Shown: positions 1-13,361 of the stretch, one piece after another | Layout of the letters: every line of letters begins with the position of its first letter | How positions within the stretch are numbered: position 1 is the first letter of the stretch | NCBI GenBank assembly: GCA_950097015.1 | Contig: CATNEN010000038.1 | Location: 6,634,001 to 6,698,000 of the forward strand | DNA from: Macrostomum hystrix | Taxonomy: Eukaryota > Animalia > Platyhelminthes | Length of the DNA: 64,000 bases | Reading direction: 5' to 3' | Notes under the pieces: model-generated | The model's database searches: none | Told to the model about the DNA's origin: nothing | Seen by the model: the letters and a program-made list of their open reading frames with translations, nothing else | Made by a program: the position numbers and the translations under genes

Positions 1-1004
1 CTATTATTTTTTGCATAAAGGTATGCAAAAAATACAATCTATGCAAAAAATACAATGATTGTTTAGGTTTTCATAGATTTTAATGTTGTAAATGAAGCTA
101 CATTGCCACAATTATATTTTAGATTTTATGTTCATATTAAGACTTGTTGCTGACAATCTAGCAAGTAAAAAATTATTAGAGTTATTAGAGTTAGAGTGAG
201 GTTTAATTAATCTGCTAAAAGGCACTGTTGACACTGGCATTCACTGACTTGCTTTAAAATATTTTTACACCTGATGATAACTTTGTATGCTGGTACTTTT
301 CTAGTAATGGACAACACACACAAAAGCTAGGTGACTGAGGTCACTATGGTGAATTTAGTGACTATTTCAAATAAAACTTCCTTTTCTTGAATTTTCTTAG
401 ATTCTATGATTTTTATCTTACTTTGTTAATTTTTCACCATATTTTTGGCAAAAATGACATTACTAAGATGGCAAATAGGATGTGCGATTATTAAGCTTCA
501 ATGTGCACTTTCTTAAGAAGCCTTCTAGTAAGATATTGTTTTTTTGGGAAAATTATTGACTGCTAATAAGGCTGAACCTGCTAATTACTGACTGCAAAAT
601 AATATGGACATTATTATCTTCTAAAAAGGAACACTAGTTTGCTGCTAAAAGGGACAAAAGGGACATTGCCTGCTGTGGGGACATTGGTTGCCTGATAGGA
701 AAAACATTGGTTCACTTTTGCTTGGAAGACATTAGTTTAATTTTGCTAGGAGGCATTAGTTCCTTGTTGCTAGGGGAGGGCATTAGTTTTTTGTTGCCAG
801 AGGGAGATTCTCTATTTGCCAAGGGTGTTTGTCTATCTGCCACTAATCAAATATTTGAAGGTATTATGTAAATTTATATAACTTTATAGCATGAATTTAA
901 ATAAATGAATTAAAAATTATGTGATTGCCTGCAACAATCACAGTTTGCCCTCAGTTTTGATATAGGGCCTACTGTACACATTGGCAACTATAAGTTAAGT
1001 CAAT

Positions 1005-2531
1005 GGATCCTAGACACTTTGTCATCTTACAACTTTGTCATCTACTTGGAAGGTAGGACACTTTGTCATCTAGCCAATTGGCATACTTTAAAGTTTGGTC
1101 AGTTTGTCATCTACTAATAACAAACAATCAAGTTTGTCATCAATAAAGTGAGGATGGGTGGTGTGAACACACTTCACACTCTAAACTGTCAAAACTAATT
1201 TCATTATAAGAGTTGAAAGATAGGTGCCAACATGATGTAAGGAGGGCTGGCGAGGGGTGGTTCTGTTTCAACTTTGAAAACTTTTGGGCAATGTTCTACT
1301 TCCATTCATTATATCATTTTTCATTTGAATTTGTGCCACACATGCAATCTGAGTTTGAAAAGTTGTGCTGGTGTGGCTCTGCTGTGACTTGACACTTGGA
1401 TCTATGTCTATGACAAAATCTGGCAAATATGGGGGAATAGTACGCTAAAGCACAGAAATTCTATAGCTGAAGATTTCAAATGCATGGCACGAGTGCTGCT
1501 CTATTTGAAAGCCACCTCAAAGAATTCTTAGGGTAATGTATCATCAACCGAACAGTGTATCTTCAAAACCGAACAAGAATTTTGACTCCTTCCTTGGTCT
1601 CGTGCAAGACAGAAGCAAGCTATTGTGTTTCACAGAACAACTAATTTGAAAGTTGAAGAAATTATCTACAAGCTGAGGCATGATGTGCAATGAAGCATTA
1701 TGAGGAAAGAAAGATATTGATGTTTCAGTAGAAATTTTTATTGCAAAAGCATACTTTTTAACAACATTTTTTAGTATGTACTTTAGACGAAGATTGTATG
1801 TGGTTGCTTGCCAATTAAATGACCATAAATGTAGTTATTTATAGAGCATGAAAAATGCTTTCAAATGACATAATTCATGATAGTCCACTCCTTAAAATAG
1901 GATTAAACCACTCACTCAAATTTTAAAACCAAACATCAAATTCTCTGTTTGGTTTGAAGATACATGAAAATCATTGTTCGGTTTTAGATAAAAAGCAGGA
2001 ATAACTTTTTTCTATTTGACAAAATAGCAAAAGCAGATACTTTTTAGAAAGATGTAACTGTTTTCTATAACTTGGCTTTTGATTTATCATCATATCTTAA
2101 ATAGAAAATCTGTAGCTTAGGTTTGAAGTTAAAAAAATACACATTCTTGTTTGGTTGATGATACATTACCCTATGGCACTGTCTATACCCCAAGAATAGC
2201 TTCGTTGCCCTCCTTTACTGGATTAGGCACTATTAGCCTACCAGGTTTGAAAGAAGAAATATTGACTAGGCCTAAGACTTTTCAGAACTGTCTGACCAAA
2301 CTACAGACTTTTTGTTACTGTTAAACTAGTTTTTTTGTTGTTAGGCCTATTGGTCATTTGCAAACAAAAAAATAATATAGGTAATGAATAGAAGTAGAAC
2401 ATTGCCAACTTTTGTTTTATAGATGACAAAGTGTCAACAACTCTAAGTCTCTTTGTCATCCACCCTCTGAGATATTGGACAGATTGTCATCTGGATGATG
2501 AAGTTGTAAAATGGCGAAGTGTCCAGGTACC
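1005..2531. mobile_element. Degenerate TIR DNA transposon with long, internally repetitive TIRs (ACACTTTGTCATC units) and 8-bp TSD; an extra right-end copy lies at ~2545-2676
   Basis: Left end GGATCCTAGACACTTTGTCATC (1005) is the inverse of right ends ...AAGTGTCCAGGTACC (2531) and GATGACAAAGTGTCCAGGAACC (2676). Flanks are AAGTCAAT (997-1004) and AAGTCAAC (2532-2539). No intact transposase ORF. Confidence 0.6.
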
Positions 2532-2814
2532 AAGTCAACACTGTAGTTTCTATTGATGGGTGACGAACTGACCTAACTAGATATGCCAATTGGCTAGATG
2601 ATGAAGTGTCCAATCTGAAAAGTGGATGACAAAAGTGTAAAACAACAAAAAGCTGATGACAAAGTGTCCAGGAACCAAATTTAATACTGTTGAGTTTTTA
2701 GAAATAAGGTTAGGCCTATCTCTTAACAAATATAACATATACAACATACCATACTTTCTTTTACTAGAAATTACTTGCTAACTAGTTATTTGCCAGTTGC
2801 CAATGGCTTTGGCT

Positions 2815-3095
2815 CATACATGTGCAACACCCGGCCGACCCGGCCGAACCGGCCGGGTGAAACGAGGGCCAAGCAAGGTAAGTCGCAAAAACCAATCGAC
2901 CAAGCGCCAAAAAATCAAAGGGGGGACCAAGGGACAAAAAAGGAAGGCGTGAAGAAATGGAAAAAGGGGAGAGAAAAAGAGAGCAAATGAGAGCAAACTA
3001 AGTCGTAAATAGAGCAGTGAAATGAACTAAGTCGCAAATGAGAGCAAAAACTAAGTCGCAAGGCCAGCTAAGATTTGGGAGGTTGCGTATGTATG
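2815..3095. mobile_element. hAT-type MITE
   Basis: Imperfect TIRs CATACATGTGCAAC / GTTGCGTATGTATG; perfect 8-bp TSD CTTTGGCT at 2807-2814 and 3096-3103. Confidence 0.8.
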
Positions 3096-5151
3096 CTTTG
3101 GCTAATAATAGCTAATATTATTATAGCAGATAGTAATAGTAGCTAATTTAGTTCACATTTCTGTAAAAAGAGTCTGGCATAATTTAACTAAAACTAAGTT
3201 ATCACTTTGTCTCTATTATAGGAATCAAGGAATATAGGGCCTAGTTATGTCCTTTAGTTAAAAGTTTTACTCAGAATAGCCTAATAAATTACTAAGATGC
3301 AGACCTTTAATGAAAAAGGCTACAATTCCGAAAATATTATATTCATATATGAATTATGAATGCAGCTGTATTCAGCTTTGTCATTGCAGCTTTGTCATTG
3401 TCAAAATATTGGTTGGCCAAAAGTTTCAAAATTATGATTAGGCCTATCGCTCAATTTCCTTTACGTTCGGGATAAATTGTAGCAAGATAATATCATTTCA
3501 GTCACTCTTCTATGAATTGCTTATCTGATTTTAGGACGCAATATACTATATTTTACTAGCGATGGTTTCTTTACAATTTGACAGGCCAGGCCTGGGCTTT
3601 AATCTCAACTTGCAAGCAGTTGCAGTTCAGTTGCAGTTTAAACTCTCGCTCAAATTTCTTCGAACTGTTCTGTGTATAACGATATCAAAAGTCCCAGAAG
3701 TGACTGTGCTACATTTTGGATTCTGGCACATGTTATCGCTTGTTTTTTGTTACATCAACCGATAATGAAATAGACGTCACATCTTATTATGACCACATAA
3801 TATGTACTATACGTACATATGATTGTGTCATAGAGGCGTTCATTTCCAGCTGTTTGGAAGATGACATTGAATATTGTAATTACGTTTTAATAGTTTTGGG
3901 CAATACGACAGATCATAGGTTATAGAGGAGACCGAGCAGAAAAAACTACATTAGTTCTTATTTATTGTCTGCTCGGTTGCTCGGTATTTATATTGACCAT
4001 GGATGTAATTATCTAATGTCTAATACTGAAATTGCAGCTAGCCATGATTCTCCTTCTCATGACTCTGCACTGAATAATATATGTATATATTGGCTAGATT
4101 ATGCTAGCTGGGCCTGTAGACTATAAAAGTCCCCGACGTAAAATTTATTGTCGATTCTCATATGAGTCGAATCTCGGATCAATTAACATCGAAATTAATT
4201 AGAAAGAAGGAATTTGGTGAACAGCATTGTGTACTACGAACTGTGTATTCAGCTGCATATGGGCTCAACTGCAGGGGCAAGAGGGAGAACCTAGTATTAA
4301 GCCACATGCGTGGCATCTCGCTGGCACTCCTTATTGTGCACTAAATGAGATGCCACAATGACATAGGAGATTCTGCATGAGAACGAGCTGGAATATCAGC
4401 TCTCTACTGCAGCTAAAGCTCCAGATTTTGGGGAAAAACTTCCCTGTAAGCATCGGGATCTGCAGCAGCCAAAAGCGTGTGAGTCCACTCCCGATTATAT
4501 GCAGTGCTTTACAAATGTGCAATGCACATTGGAAAGATTTAGTACGAATAAGCTTCTCTGATTTATAAGCAGCAGCAACAAAAGCAGGAAAAAGCAGAAG
4601 TAGCAGCATGATGCTCTGTGCTTTGTTGCTTTGCACTGGCCTATTTAGCTTCTAGCCTCGAGCAAGTGCATGCAATTTTGCCCAATAGCCCTTGCTGGAT
4701 ACTTGCATCATATAATACACGCTAAAGTCTAGATATTGCGATAAAATTGGTTGTCCATCACAGTTATCGCCATTTGCTTTATTGTATGCCTCTTTGAATG
4801 TCCTATGCTTCATCACGAGCGCTCCTTTCGTCCTCCTAACTAATCTCCTTTTTGTCTTGGGTACGTATACTGCTTTATAATATTGTAATGCTCTCCTTTT
4901 GTCTTCAATAAGGATTTGGCTTTTCATCATTTTCCTTTCATCTTAAGTGTACTCACATGTTGCTTCTCAGGCATATCCCGCTGCTTCAATTACAGCTGGC
5001 TCACCATTGGCCAGGGGATGAGTCCAACCAATGAGCAGTCGGTCTGTCTTTATTTACTGTCGCGTCTCATTTATACTGATCAATTGTTTGGGTTTTTTCC
5101 TCCACCGCGTCTTTGGACAGTTGGTCTATTGAACAGTAGACGAATGAAACG

Positions 5152-8100
5152 ATGAGCACAGCCACGGTGCTGCTCATGCTCTGCTGGCAGCTGGTCATCG
5201 CCGCCGTTGCTGCCGAGGAAGGTCAGTGCAGCCACCAGCAGCTGGACTCTGTCAGATTGCGCTGCTTTTACAGTCTGGAGGCCCAGCTGGCCGGACTGCC
5301 ATCCTCGGCAGGTGGCGTCACAGAACTACTGGACCTCAACTGCGGGAGGTGAGCGCCGATACTTGAATTAATTAATAATTCGATGAGTTTGTCCTGTTTG
5401 TTTTGCCAAGCCTTCATAGTTAGTGAAGTTTTCTCCGTCGCTATGGTCTGCAAACAAAATGAAGCTTGTTAGCCTGTTTTTTTTCATTTTCGAGGGGTAT
5501 TTCGGGTCTGCTAAGGAAGACCGATTGCTGCGCGCTTTAAATGTCTATAGCCATATTCTTTTCTAGCTAAACTGCTAATAACTTTGGCCATAGACATTTG
5601 GAGCGTGCACCACAGATGTATTGGCGAACGCTCAGACGAAAACAGTTTCTCGCTTCAACTGTCTATGGGTAAGAGGCGCCCGAAATGCCACTGGAGAATT
5701 GCTATGAGTGCACCAACGTTTTTGACCGATTGAGCGCAGCTCCAAAACAACGTAGTACTCATAATTATTTTCTACTACAGTACACCAGTCCTTGGACTTG
5801 AAATACGCTACAACCACCCTCAATTACTCTAGCAAATGCTGGGTAACCATTAAACAGCTGGGTGAACTGAAGAAGTGCAGATTTTTAGTACTTTAAAGGA
5901 TAAACAAATTGTTCGAGTGCAGTCGGGAATCGAACCCCCGACCCGAACACTCTTCTAAAAATCATTACAACCCGGTTTAGTAGAGAAAGAGAACTTCTAA
6001 ACCAGACGACTTGGAGTTCGAGCCAATACAATGGCGAAACAATTATCGACTGTTAATAAAGTTTATAAAACAATTCAATGGTCAGTAAGTTCAGTTAAAT
6101 TTTACGTGTAAGGTTCTTGAATCCCAGGTTAGAAAGCTGCATCACATCGCGTGATTTACGCTTCGACGCTGTCTCCATCCGAAGAGTGAAAATGCATTAG
6201 CTTGCAACTTCATGGCGTGGCATGGCATTTAAATTTTAATTATCTTTTCATGTCGACCTCGATTTAAGTTACCTTTGACTGAGGCTAATTAATTGTGGGA
6301 AATGAAAAACTCCGCGCTTGAGGGATAATACACATCAGTAAGGTAAGTAGGAACTCCATTTTGGGTTAGGAAAACGGAACTGCGGGATTAGACTGTGATA
6401 TGTGTGAGATTAGACTGTCAGATAAGAGAGACTCGACTGTGAGATATCAGAGAGATTAGACTGTGTGATATCAGAGAGATTAGACTGTGAGATAACAGAG
6501 AGATTAGACTGTCAGATATCAGAGAGATTAGACTGTGAGATAACAGAGAGATTAGACTGTGAGATAACAGAGAGATTAGACTGTGAGATAACAGAGAGAT
6601 TAGACTGTGAGATAACAGAGAGATTAGACTGTGAGATATCATAGAGATTAGACTGTGAGATATCAGAGAGATTAGACAGCAGTGCGGTTGTAGATTAGAC
6701 TGTGAGATATCATAGAGATTAGACTGTGAGATATCAGAGAGATTAGACTGTGAGATATCAGAGAGATTAGACTGTGAGATATCAGAGAGATTAGACTGTG
6801 AGATATCAGAGAGATTAGACTGTGAGATATCAGACAGATTAGACAGCAGTGCGGTTGTAGATTAGACTGTGGGATATCAGAGAGATTAGACAGCAGTGCG
6901 GTTGTAGATTAGACTGTGAGATATCAGAGAGATTAGACAGCAGTGCGGTTGTAGATTAGACTGTGAAATATCAGAGAGATTAGACAGCAGTGCGGTTGTA
7001 GATTAGACTGTGAAATATCAGACAGATTAGACTGTGAAATATCAGAGAGATTAGACTGTGAGATATCAGAGAGATTAGACTGTGAGATATCAGAGAGATT
7101 AGACAGCAGTGCGGTTGTAGATTAGACTGTGAAATAACATAGAGATTAGACTGTGAAATATCAGAGAGATTAGACTGTGAGATATCAGAGAGATTAGACT
7201 GTGAGATATCAGACAGATTAGACTGTGAAATATCAGAGAGATTAGACTGTGAGATATCAGAGAGATTAGACAGCAGTGCGGTTGTAGATTAGACTGTGGA
7301 TGTATGACTGTCTCTGGATTAAACAGAGCAGTAGGGTTTAAAGAAAATGTAAATGTAGAAAGAAGTAAGCAGAGACAGCAGGGCCGGTGGAAGACGGACG
7401 CAGGTCGGCTCACAATCTCTATGCAAATTGATCGGCTTTCTAAAATTGCTGCATCAAGCCCCAGGAACAGGAACAGCCTGTCCAGCGAATTCAAACAAAT
7501 TAAAACAGGCCCAGCATGCTGCTGTGTCGCAATCAATCCGAATCGAGTTTCTAGGAAACGAGACTGCTGGCCGTCTATAGTGCAGATTTACGACCCGCAA
7601 GCGAGTTTATAGTTCTTCTCAGTTGGCTGGGACTTTATCGGAAATTGACTTCAGATTTAAGTCCAAGGTTCAAAATAAAGGTTGAAGACAAAATTTAGTG
7701 TCAGGTGCGTGCTGTGCTTAAAGAAGAAGAGGGGGATTTTCGGCAGCGCCTGAATGTTAACAGCGTTGACTGGTGACTGATTGGTTGACAGACTAGGCGA
7801 TGGTGTACTGTGGTTGAGCTGCTCCTAATATTTAGGCTTGATCAGTTGAAATTGGAGAAATTCGTGTCAGGCTGTCCATAGTGGCCTAGTTCCACCTGCT
7901 GTAGCACTTGAAGGTCCAGCAGTCCATCTAGATAAAGGTAGGAGACCACCGAAGATGGAGATGATGCAGGCACATTCGGGTGACATGCTGATATATTTTG
8001 AAGGCCTGGCAAGGTCGCACTGAGGCGCAGTGATAATTTGTGTATAGGGGTGTATGAAATACACTAGCGCTTATCGAAAAAATCAGAACCAATCAATATA

Positions 8101-11100
8101 CTGACGGTCTGAAGAGCTGGCGACTTGATTCTTGTTTCAGAAGATGTGCAACAAAAATTGGCCCGTGTTCTTGAGTTTCCTGTGCTTGCGTTGTTACAAT
8201 GGGGTGCAGCACAAACAATTGTCAGGGCCCCCTTGGTTGTTCTACTGTTAAGCTCTGCAGATTGGAAGCGAAAACAGGCAGACACAGCGTCCTCAGCTAA
8301 ACAGTAGACAATTTATTTAGCTTTCTAGTACAACAAAAAAGGTAAGTACAACAAGTTATCTTGTGTTGTTCTTGGCAAACATTTGCACATGCATCAAAAT
8401 GAATATTAGCCTGTTTAAACTAGAGGGATCGGAATTGTAAAGTCGTCGCTTGAACATGCGAAGTGACCTTGGAAGATGCGAATGCAAATAGAATTGTACT
8501 TATTGGCAAAGAAGCATTTAATTCGAGCAGGATTTCGATATTTTTTATGGCGAAAACCTCGTCTTCAAGTTTCTAAATTGAAAGAACCCTTGAAAATAGA
8601 GTTGATGGCCTGTGCCGTCTCAGAGACTTGAGAGGTCTCAGCCTCGGTTGAGAACGGCAAGAGTCGATCTTCTAGGCGGTTTTTAAACCAGGTGGATAAT
8701 AATGCTCTCTAACGGTGAGATTGAAAGAAATAATCAATCAAAAGCGTTGGCCCAGCAGCCAAAATTTCTGGCACCCAGGTGCACTTCAGCCAAACCCAGC
8801 ATTCCGTTTTTTGAGTACTGTACTCAAAGTATACTGAGCTTTAGTTGAGTTTTCTAAGAAACAGAAATTTTTATAGGAAATCTACTGCGCAAAGTTGCAA
8901 ACAATGTAACTCGCCATGAAAGAATGGGTCTTTCAAATGAGCCCCATTGACAGAGCTGCGACTGGATGGGGAACTCAGAAGTACTCAGAACTGCACGACA
9001 CTGACAGAAGTCTTCTGAGTTGGTATGCAACTGTGTGTATTCGCAGTGGACTTTGCCGCTTGCACACAAGCCACCGCTCTAAAACATGATATTTAATTCA
9101 TGAGACTGGCCAAGCTATGCATCTGTTTCCGTGGCTGGGCTGCCCCAGCTCTCTATCTTCTCTCATTTCACGCACCACTAGAATGCAAGTCGAGAAGACC
9201 TGTCCCCCCTTGTTGCGGGTCTTTTTCTCTTACCATTTTTTGCAGCTCCGTGGCCCATATACCTGACAGTTGTCTCACAGCTAGCTTGGCTTGAGTTTTA
9301 TGGTTACGCATGTCAGGTTTTAGCATTTTGGAATAAGTTCTCCTGTAATTTAAGAATACAAGATCCACAAAACTTAACTTATTTGGTCGGATGTTTTTAT
9401 CAGTTGGCTCTCGCTGGCTTCGGGTTGACTGCCTGTCACCAGAGTCTGCGCCCCTAAAACTTCAATCTGTTCCTATATAATTTCTCGCCACAGGGATCCA
9501 GACATCTCTAGCTACGATTATTCTCTACCGTCAGCCACAGCGTGTGTACTAACTGGCACCAGAGCAATGAGCTGCTCGAGGCAGCAGACCCAAGGCCTCG
9601 TTCGTCGGCTGGGTCTGGCCCGACTGGCGCGGTCTCACCTGTGCTCAGCGGCGAATTCAGGTTTGTTTAACTCAATTTTTTCGAACAAAACAGATAGTAG
9701 AATAATACTTGTAATTATTGAACGTAAGTTAATTAAGATCAGGGAGGTGAGTGGCAGAGCGGTTAACGCGTTTGCCCCTCGCACCAAGGTCCCTGAGCTC
9801 GATTCCGCGGTGAGGCGACATTAAATTTGGATGCAGTCGCGAATAGAAGGCTTAGAGGGTTTTCGTGCAATTTACGCCATCAAGGGCTTACGATGAAAAA
9901 GTCAGGGCAGATGTACACACTTGTGTGAGTGTCTAGTGTCTAGTGTCTAGTGTCTAGTGTCTAGCAAGCGTCTAGTTCGTGTTCACACTGTGCAAGTGAG
10001 TGAATTACGATGGGTAATTGGACTGGCCGATGAGTAGCACTGGGAGAGGCTGGTGTACTACGTGCGGGAACACTGAAAGTAATCTGGGATATAGTATGCT
10101 CGTATTATATAGTAAATAAGTGCTCATTAGTTGGCATAGAAATAAGTAAGTTTCCAGCTAGCAGCTACGAGTATGAGACGGCATAAGCTGTGGAGTAGCT
10201 AATCCTTTGCTCTCAGAAGGTCTCAGACGGCAAGAGAACTGCTTTCATTTGGGGGGGAATATATACTCTCCGAGAGGACTATAGAGAACTATACTCAAGT
10301 GTCACAGAGTAAAAAGGCTTTCTAAACGACCTTCTAGGGCCCCACTGTCGGCAGCTCGGTGAGAAGTTGGCGCCGTATCTTGACCTGTGCGTCGAGTCAA
10401 TCTTTGATGCTCTAAAGGACAGCGTTGTCTGCACGTGAGTACTGAAATTATACATTAAAGCTCTCCCGTGAACTTTTCGCACCTTTAGTACATAATGAGG
10501 AACCACTAAAACAGTCACAAGTTGCGTGTAGGACGCATTTAACACGGTACAGTACTGTAGGCGCCAAGTGGGCGCGCGTTCATTTAGCCGTGTTAGCTGT
10601 AGGCCCTGAGTTATATCGTAGTGTGCGTGGAGTTGCGAGCGATTAATGTACATCTGCACCCATCGGCCGCACGTTGCATGTTCATCACCAAATATCAAAT
10701 ATAATCGATTGCTCAGAGCCTACTTCGCTTTAGGCTTTTTCGTCTACACAAATCATCTCTCGGCTCAGCACTCCTTACAGTGGCGTCGCAAGCAGGATCC
10801 GAACCTGCGCGGGGAAACCCCATTGGATACCGTGTACACGGTATTTCGCCATCTTAAGGCCACGTAGACTGAACCGCACCTACTACAAACAGATCGAGGT
10901 CAATTTTGGATGTCGCACACTCATGTAGTAGAGTAAAGGCTTTAATAAATAGTTCTTTTAAATTTAAATTTCAATTTCAAATAATTGTATAACACGCTCT
11001 GAGTTTCTATGGCTACGGCTATGCTGAATCTGTCTCGCTAAACTGATCATAACTTTTCCCATAGACAATTGGAGAGGGCACCAATTATGCTTTATCGCAC

Positions 11101-11624
11101 GCTTTAACTGTCTATGGGTAAGATCGGCGCCTAAAGTCATGCTACGCCAGTCGAGAATAGGAATATCGAGCACGTGCACCAATTATTGATAAAAGTACTA
11201 ACGAAAGCCATTCAAACATACACGAATAACATTTTGCTTGCAGTTTCGTTAGTTTTTACGAGTGTAAATCACTCAGTGAAAGGAAGTCTCAAAAATGTTA
11301 AGCGGCATCTCCAATATATTTCTTGTTTTAATTTTTAGTCGAGCAAAACTTGCCGTCTACAAGTCGCAGAAGTGCGTGTCCTACATTCTCGGCCAAATGC
11401 AGTCTCCGTGCTACTATATGCAGTACAATTTCTACCACATCAGGTCCAGCGTTGAGGGCCGACTGCTGAGCAAGTGTCAAGCTGAAAGAGCCAGGCGTCA
11501 GATGGACCTTCAGCTGACAACGACATCCGGCAGTAGTCATTGTGGTGGCAGCTTCGCATTAAGCCATATTAGATGTTCTTTCTGGACCATTATTGTGTTC
11601 TTTGCAAACCAATATTTGAGATAA
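5152..11624 (+). CDS. Secreted Cys-rich protein, probably GPI-anchored; 4 exons, ~248 aa, function unknown
   Basis: Exons 5152-5348, 9494-9660, 10338-10434, 11339-11624. All introns are GT-AG, phases 2/1/2 join in frame, and the total is 747 nt. Signal peptide MSTATVLLMLCWQLVIAAVAA; spaced Cys; Ser/Gly linker then hydrophobic C-terminus (FWTIIVFF). CCAAT motifs lie at ~5005-5035. Confidence 0.7.
5820..5945 (-). mobile_element. Fragment of a tRNA-headed SINE
   Basis: GGGAATCGAACCCCCGACC is a reverse-complement B-box; a similar head occurs at ~44830. Confidence 0.4.
6386..7300. repeat. Minisatellite, 24-bp unit GAGATTAGACTGTGAGATATCAGA with GACAGCAGTGCGGTTGTA variant units
   Basis: Visible tandem array in intron 1 of the 5152 gene. 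Confidence 0.95.
9745..9932 (+). mobile_element. tRNA-headed SINE family 1 copy, followed by (GTGTCTA)n
   Basis: A-box-like TGGCAGAGCGG and B-box-like GAGCTCGATTCC; homologous to copies at 14193, 16815, 33800, 39648 and 44890. Confidence 0.75.
10781..10828 (-). pseudogene. Reverse-transcribed 3' half of mature tRNA-Ser including CCA (extended PBS-like sequence)
   Basis: TGG-CGTCGCAAGCAGGATCCGAACCTGCGCGGGGAAACCCCATTGGAT is the reverse complement of positions 38-76 of a class II tRNA-Ser(CGA/TGA)-type sequence: long variable arm GGGGTTTCCCC, T-arm, discriminator G, CCA. Confidence 0.8.
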
Positions 11625-13361
11625 TTATTTCACTCCACTGATGACACTCTACTTTAACCTAGAAGTATGAGAATATTTATGAGTGGATTGACGGTCCAAT
11701 GAACGGAATGACTCAAATGAACCCATTTAAGTCCGATCTAATGATTAGCATAGATCAATATTTCCTCAGTCGATATTTTCACAAAAAACTGTCTATAATG
11801 GTTGTGGTCCTAAAGAAGAGTTTTGGCTTTGCCACACAGGCTATAGAGGTCTCCTTTCTGAGTGTCATTTTTGGCTTTAAACTTCAAAATTACGGTTTCG
11901 GACCGGTCTGTACAAGCCACATGTGGAATAACTCTATATCTGTGGTACATGCTTGCTCCGGTAAACAACAAGAATTGGAAAATCAGGTTAATTTTGGGAC
12001 CCTGTGGCAGTATTTACCTTTGCTGGTTATAAAATCTAAAAATAGCATTGATATTTCGACAACCAATCGTAGATTAGTAGCTCATAGCTATAAATAGTGA
12101 CACAATGAATAGCGTTTTATGTTTGATGCTTGTTTCATGATGTGTGCGTTTTGATTACTCTATACTCGTACTTACTGGTAGCATATTGTTTGCGAATGAA
12201 AAACACTCGAAGTGTCTAAAGAACTTTAAAATTTGAAAATTCGAAGCCATCGACATGCTCAGCGCAGTAGTCAGATTTTTCTTGGAAACGCTTCTACGCT
12301 AGCCGATCAATTCTTGCTGCAATTACGGGCTTGTTAGCTCAGCCTTGTACGTTTTAATGCGGCGAAGTTATTTAATACTTTTTATTTGTAACACGTGCAT
12401 GAAACTCTAGTATAACAAACAATTTGTTTACAAGTGTTTAGTTAATAAGACAAAATTTTCTCACTTTTATTGGGTTATTGCATTCCCACCGTAAGCTTCA
12501 TTTCGCGATATTATTTAAATAAGCATATTATTTAAAAGATGAGAGCGTCATCCAGACAACAAGACATACCGAATGCTCATGCCTGTAAAAATGAAAATGC
12601 GATGCGGTTCGCTTCAATTTAGAAGGTTACGCTTATTGTCTCGCCACGCTTGTTACATAATTATGTAAAGAAAGAGACAAAAATTGAGTAGATAGCATAG
12701 TGAAATTTTTAGCAAAAACTGATACACAATTCAAGTTAGCAAAATCTTAAATTCATTTGGCATTGAAAATTCATTTTCCTATAATGATAAATTCAACAAT
12801 TATGGCGGGTTATGCACAAGTCTTAATTTTTGTAACTTTACTTATATTAGATGGCTTTACCACAGAATACTTTGTTTTTTATTGCAAGAAGCTCAGAAAT
12901 CACTTGCTGTTTTTGGTTAAAAAGGGGGTTTTGGCTTGCGTTTAACTAAATGATGTAGTAGCTAGAGAGAATTGTTGTGAGAATGGTCTCTTACGCGTAG
13001 ACATGTACAGTTAAAGCGTGAAAAAATGGAGAAATTGCAGCACACAAAAGCATTGCGTCGACATCGTTGACTAACTATTTCGCTGTTTTTATCGTGAGAC
13101 GACCCACTGTCATGAATCTCCCGTAGGATGAGAGCTAGGTTTTGCCTCAGATACGGCCGAGTCCTGATATCGAATATATCTAAAGTTAGAAGTTAGAAAA
13201 CTGTATGTTGCCGCACGCCTCTATGGTAAAAACAAGCATTATTGAACAGCGAAATCCTCAGCCAATGATTTAGTCTGAGCGTTAATTTAGCAAATACATC
13301 ATTAGTGCACGCCTCCAAATGTCTATGGCCAAAAGTTATGCTCTGTTTAGCAAGACAGAAT

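Noticed and set aside
4331-4636. Minus-strand ORF with a signal-peptide-like MLLLLLFPAFVAAA
   Set aside because: No recognisable domain or splice support; could be a small or decayed secreted gene but is not supportable here.
10251-10259. GGGGGGGAA as the polypurine tract of an LTR element
   Set aside because: Not followed by TG, and separated from the candidate LTR by a host exon (10338-10434).
10781-10828. Functional tRNA-Ser gene
   Set aside because: The 5' half, D-arm and anticodon are absent; treated as a retrocopy/extended PBS.
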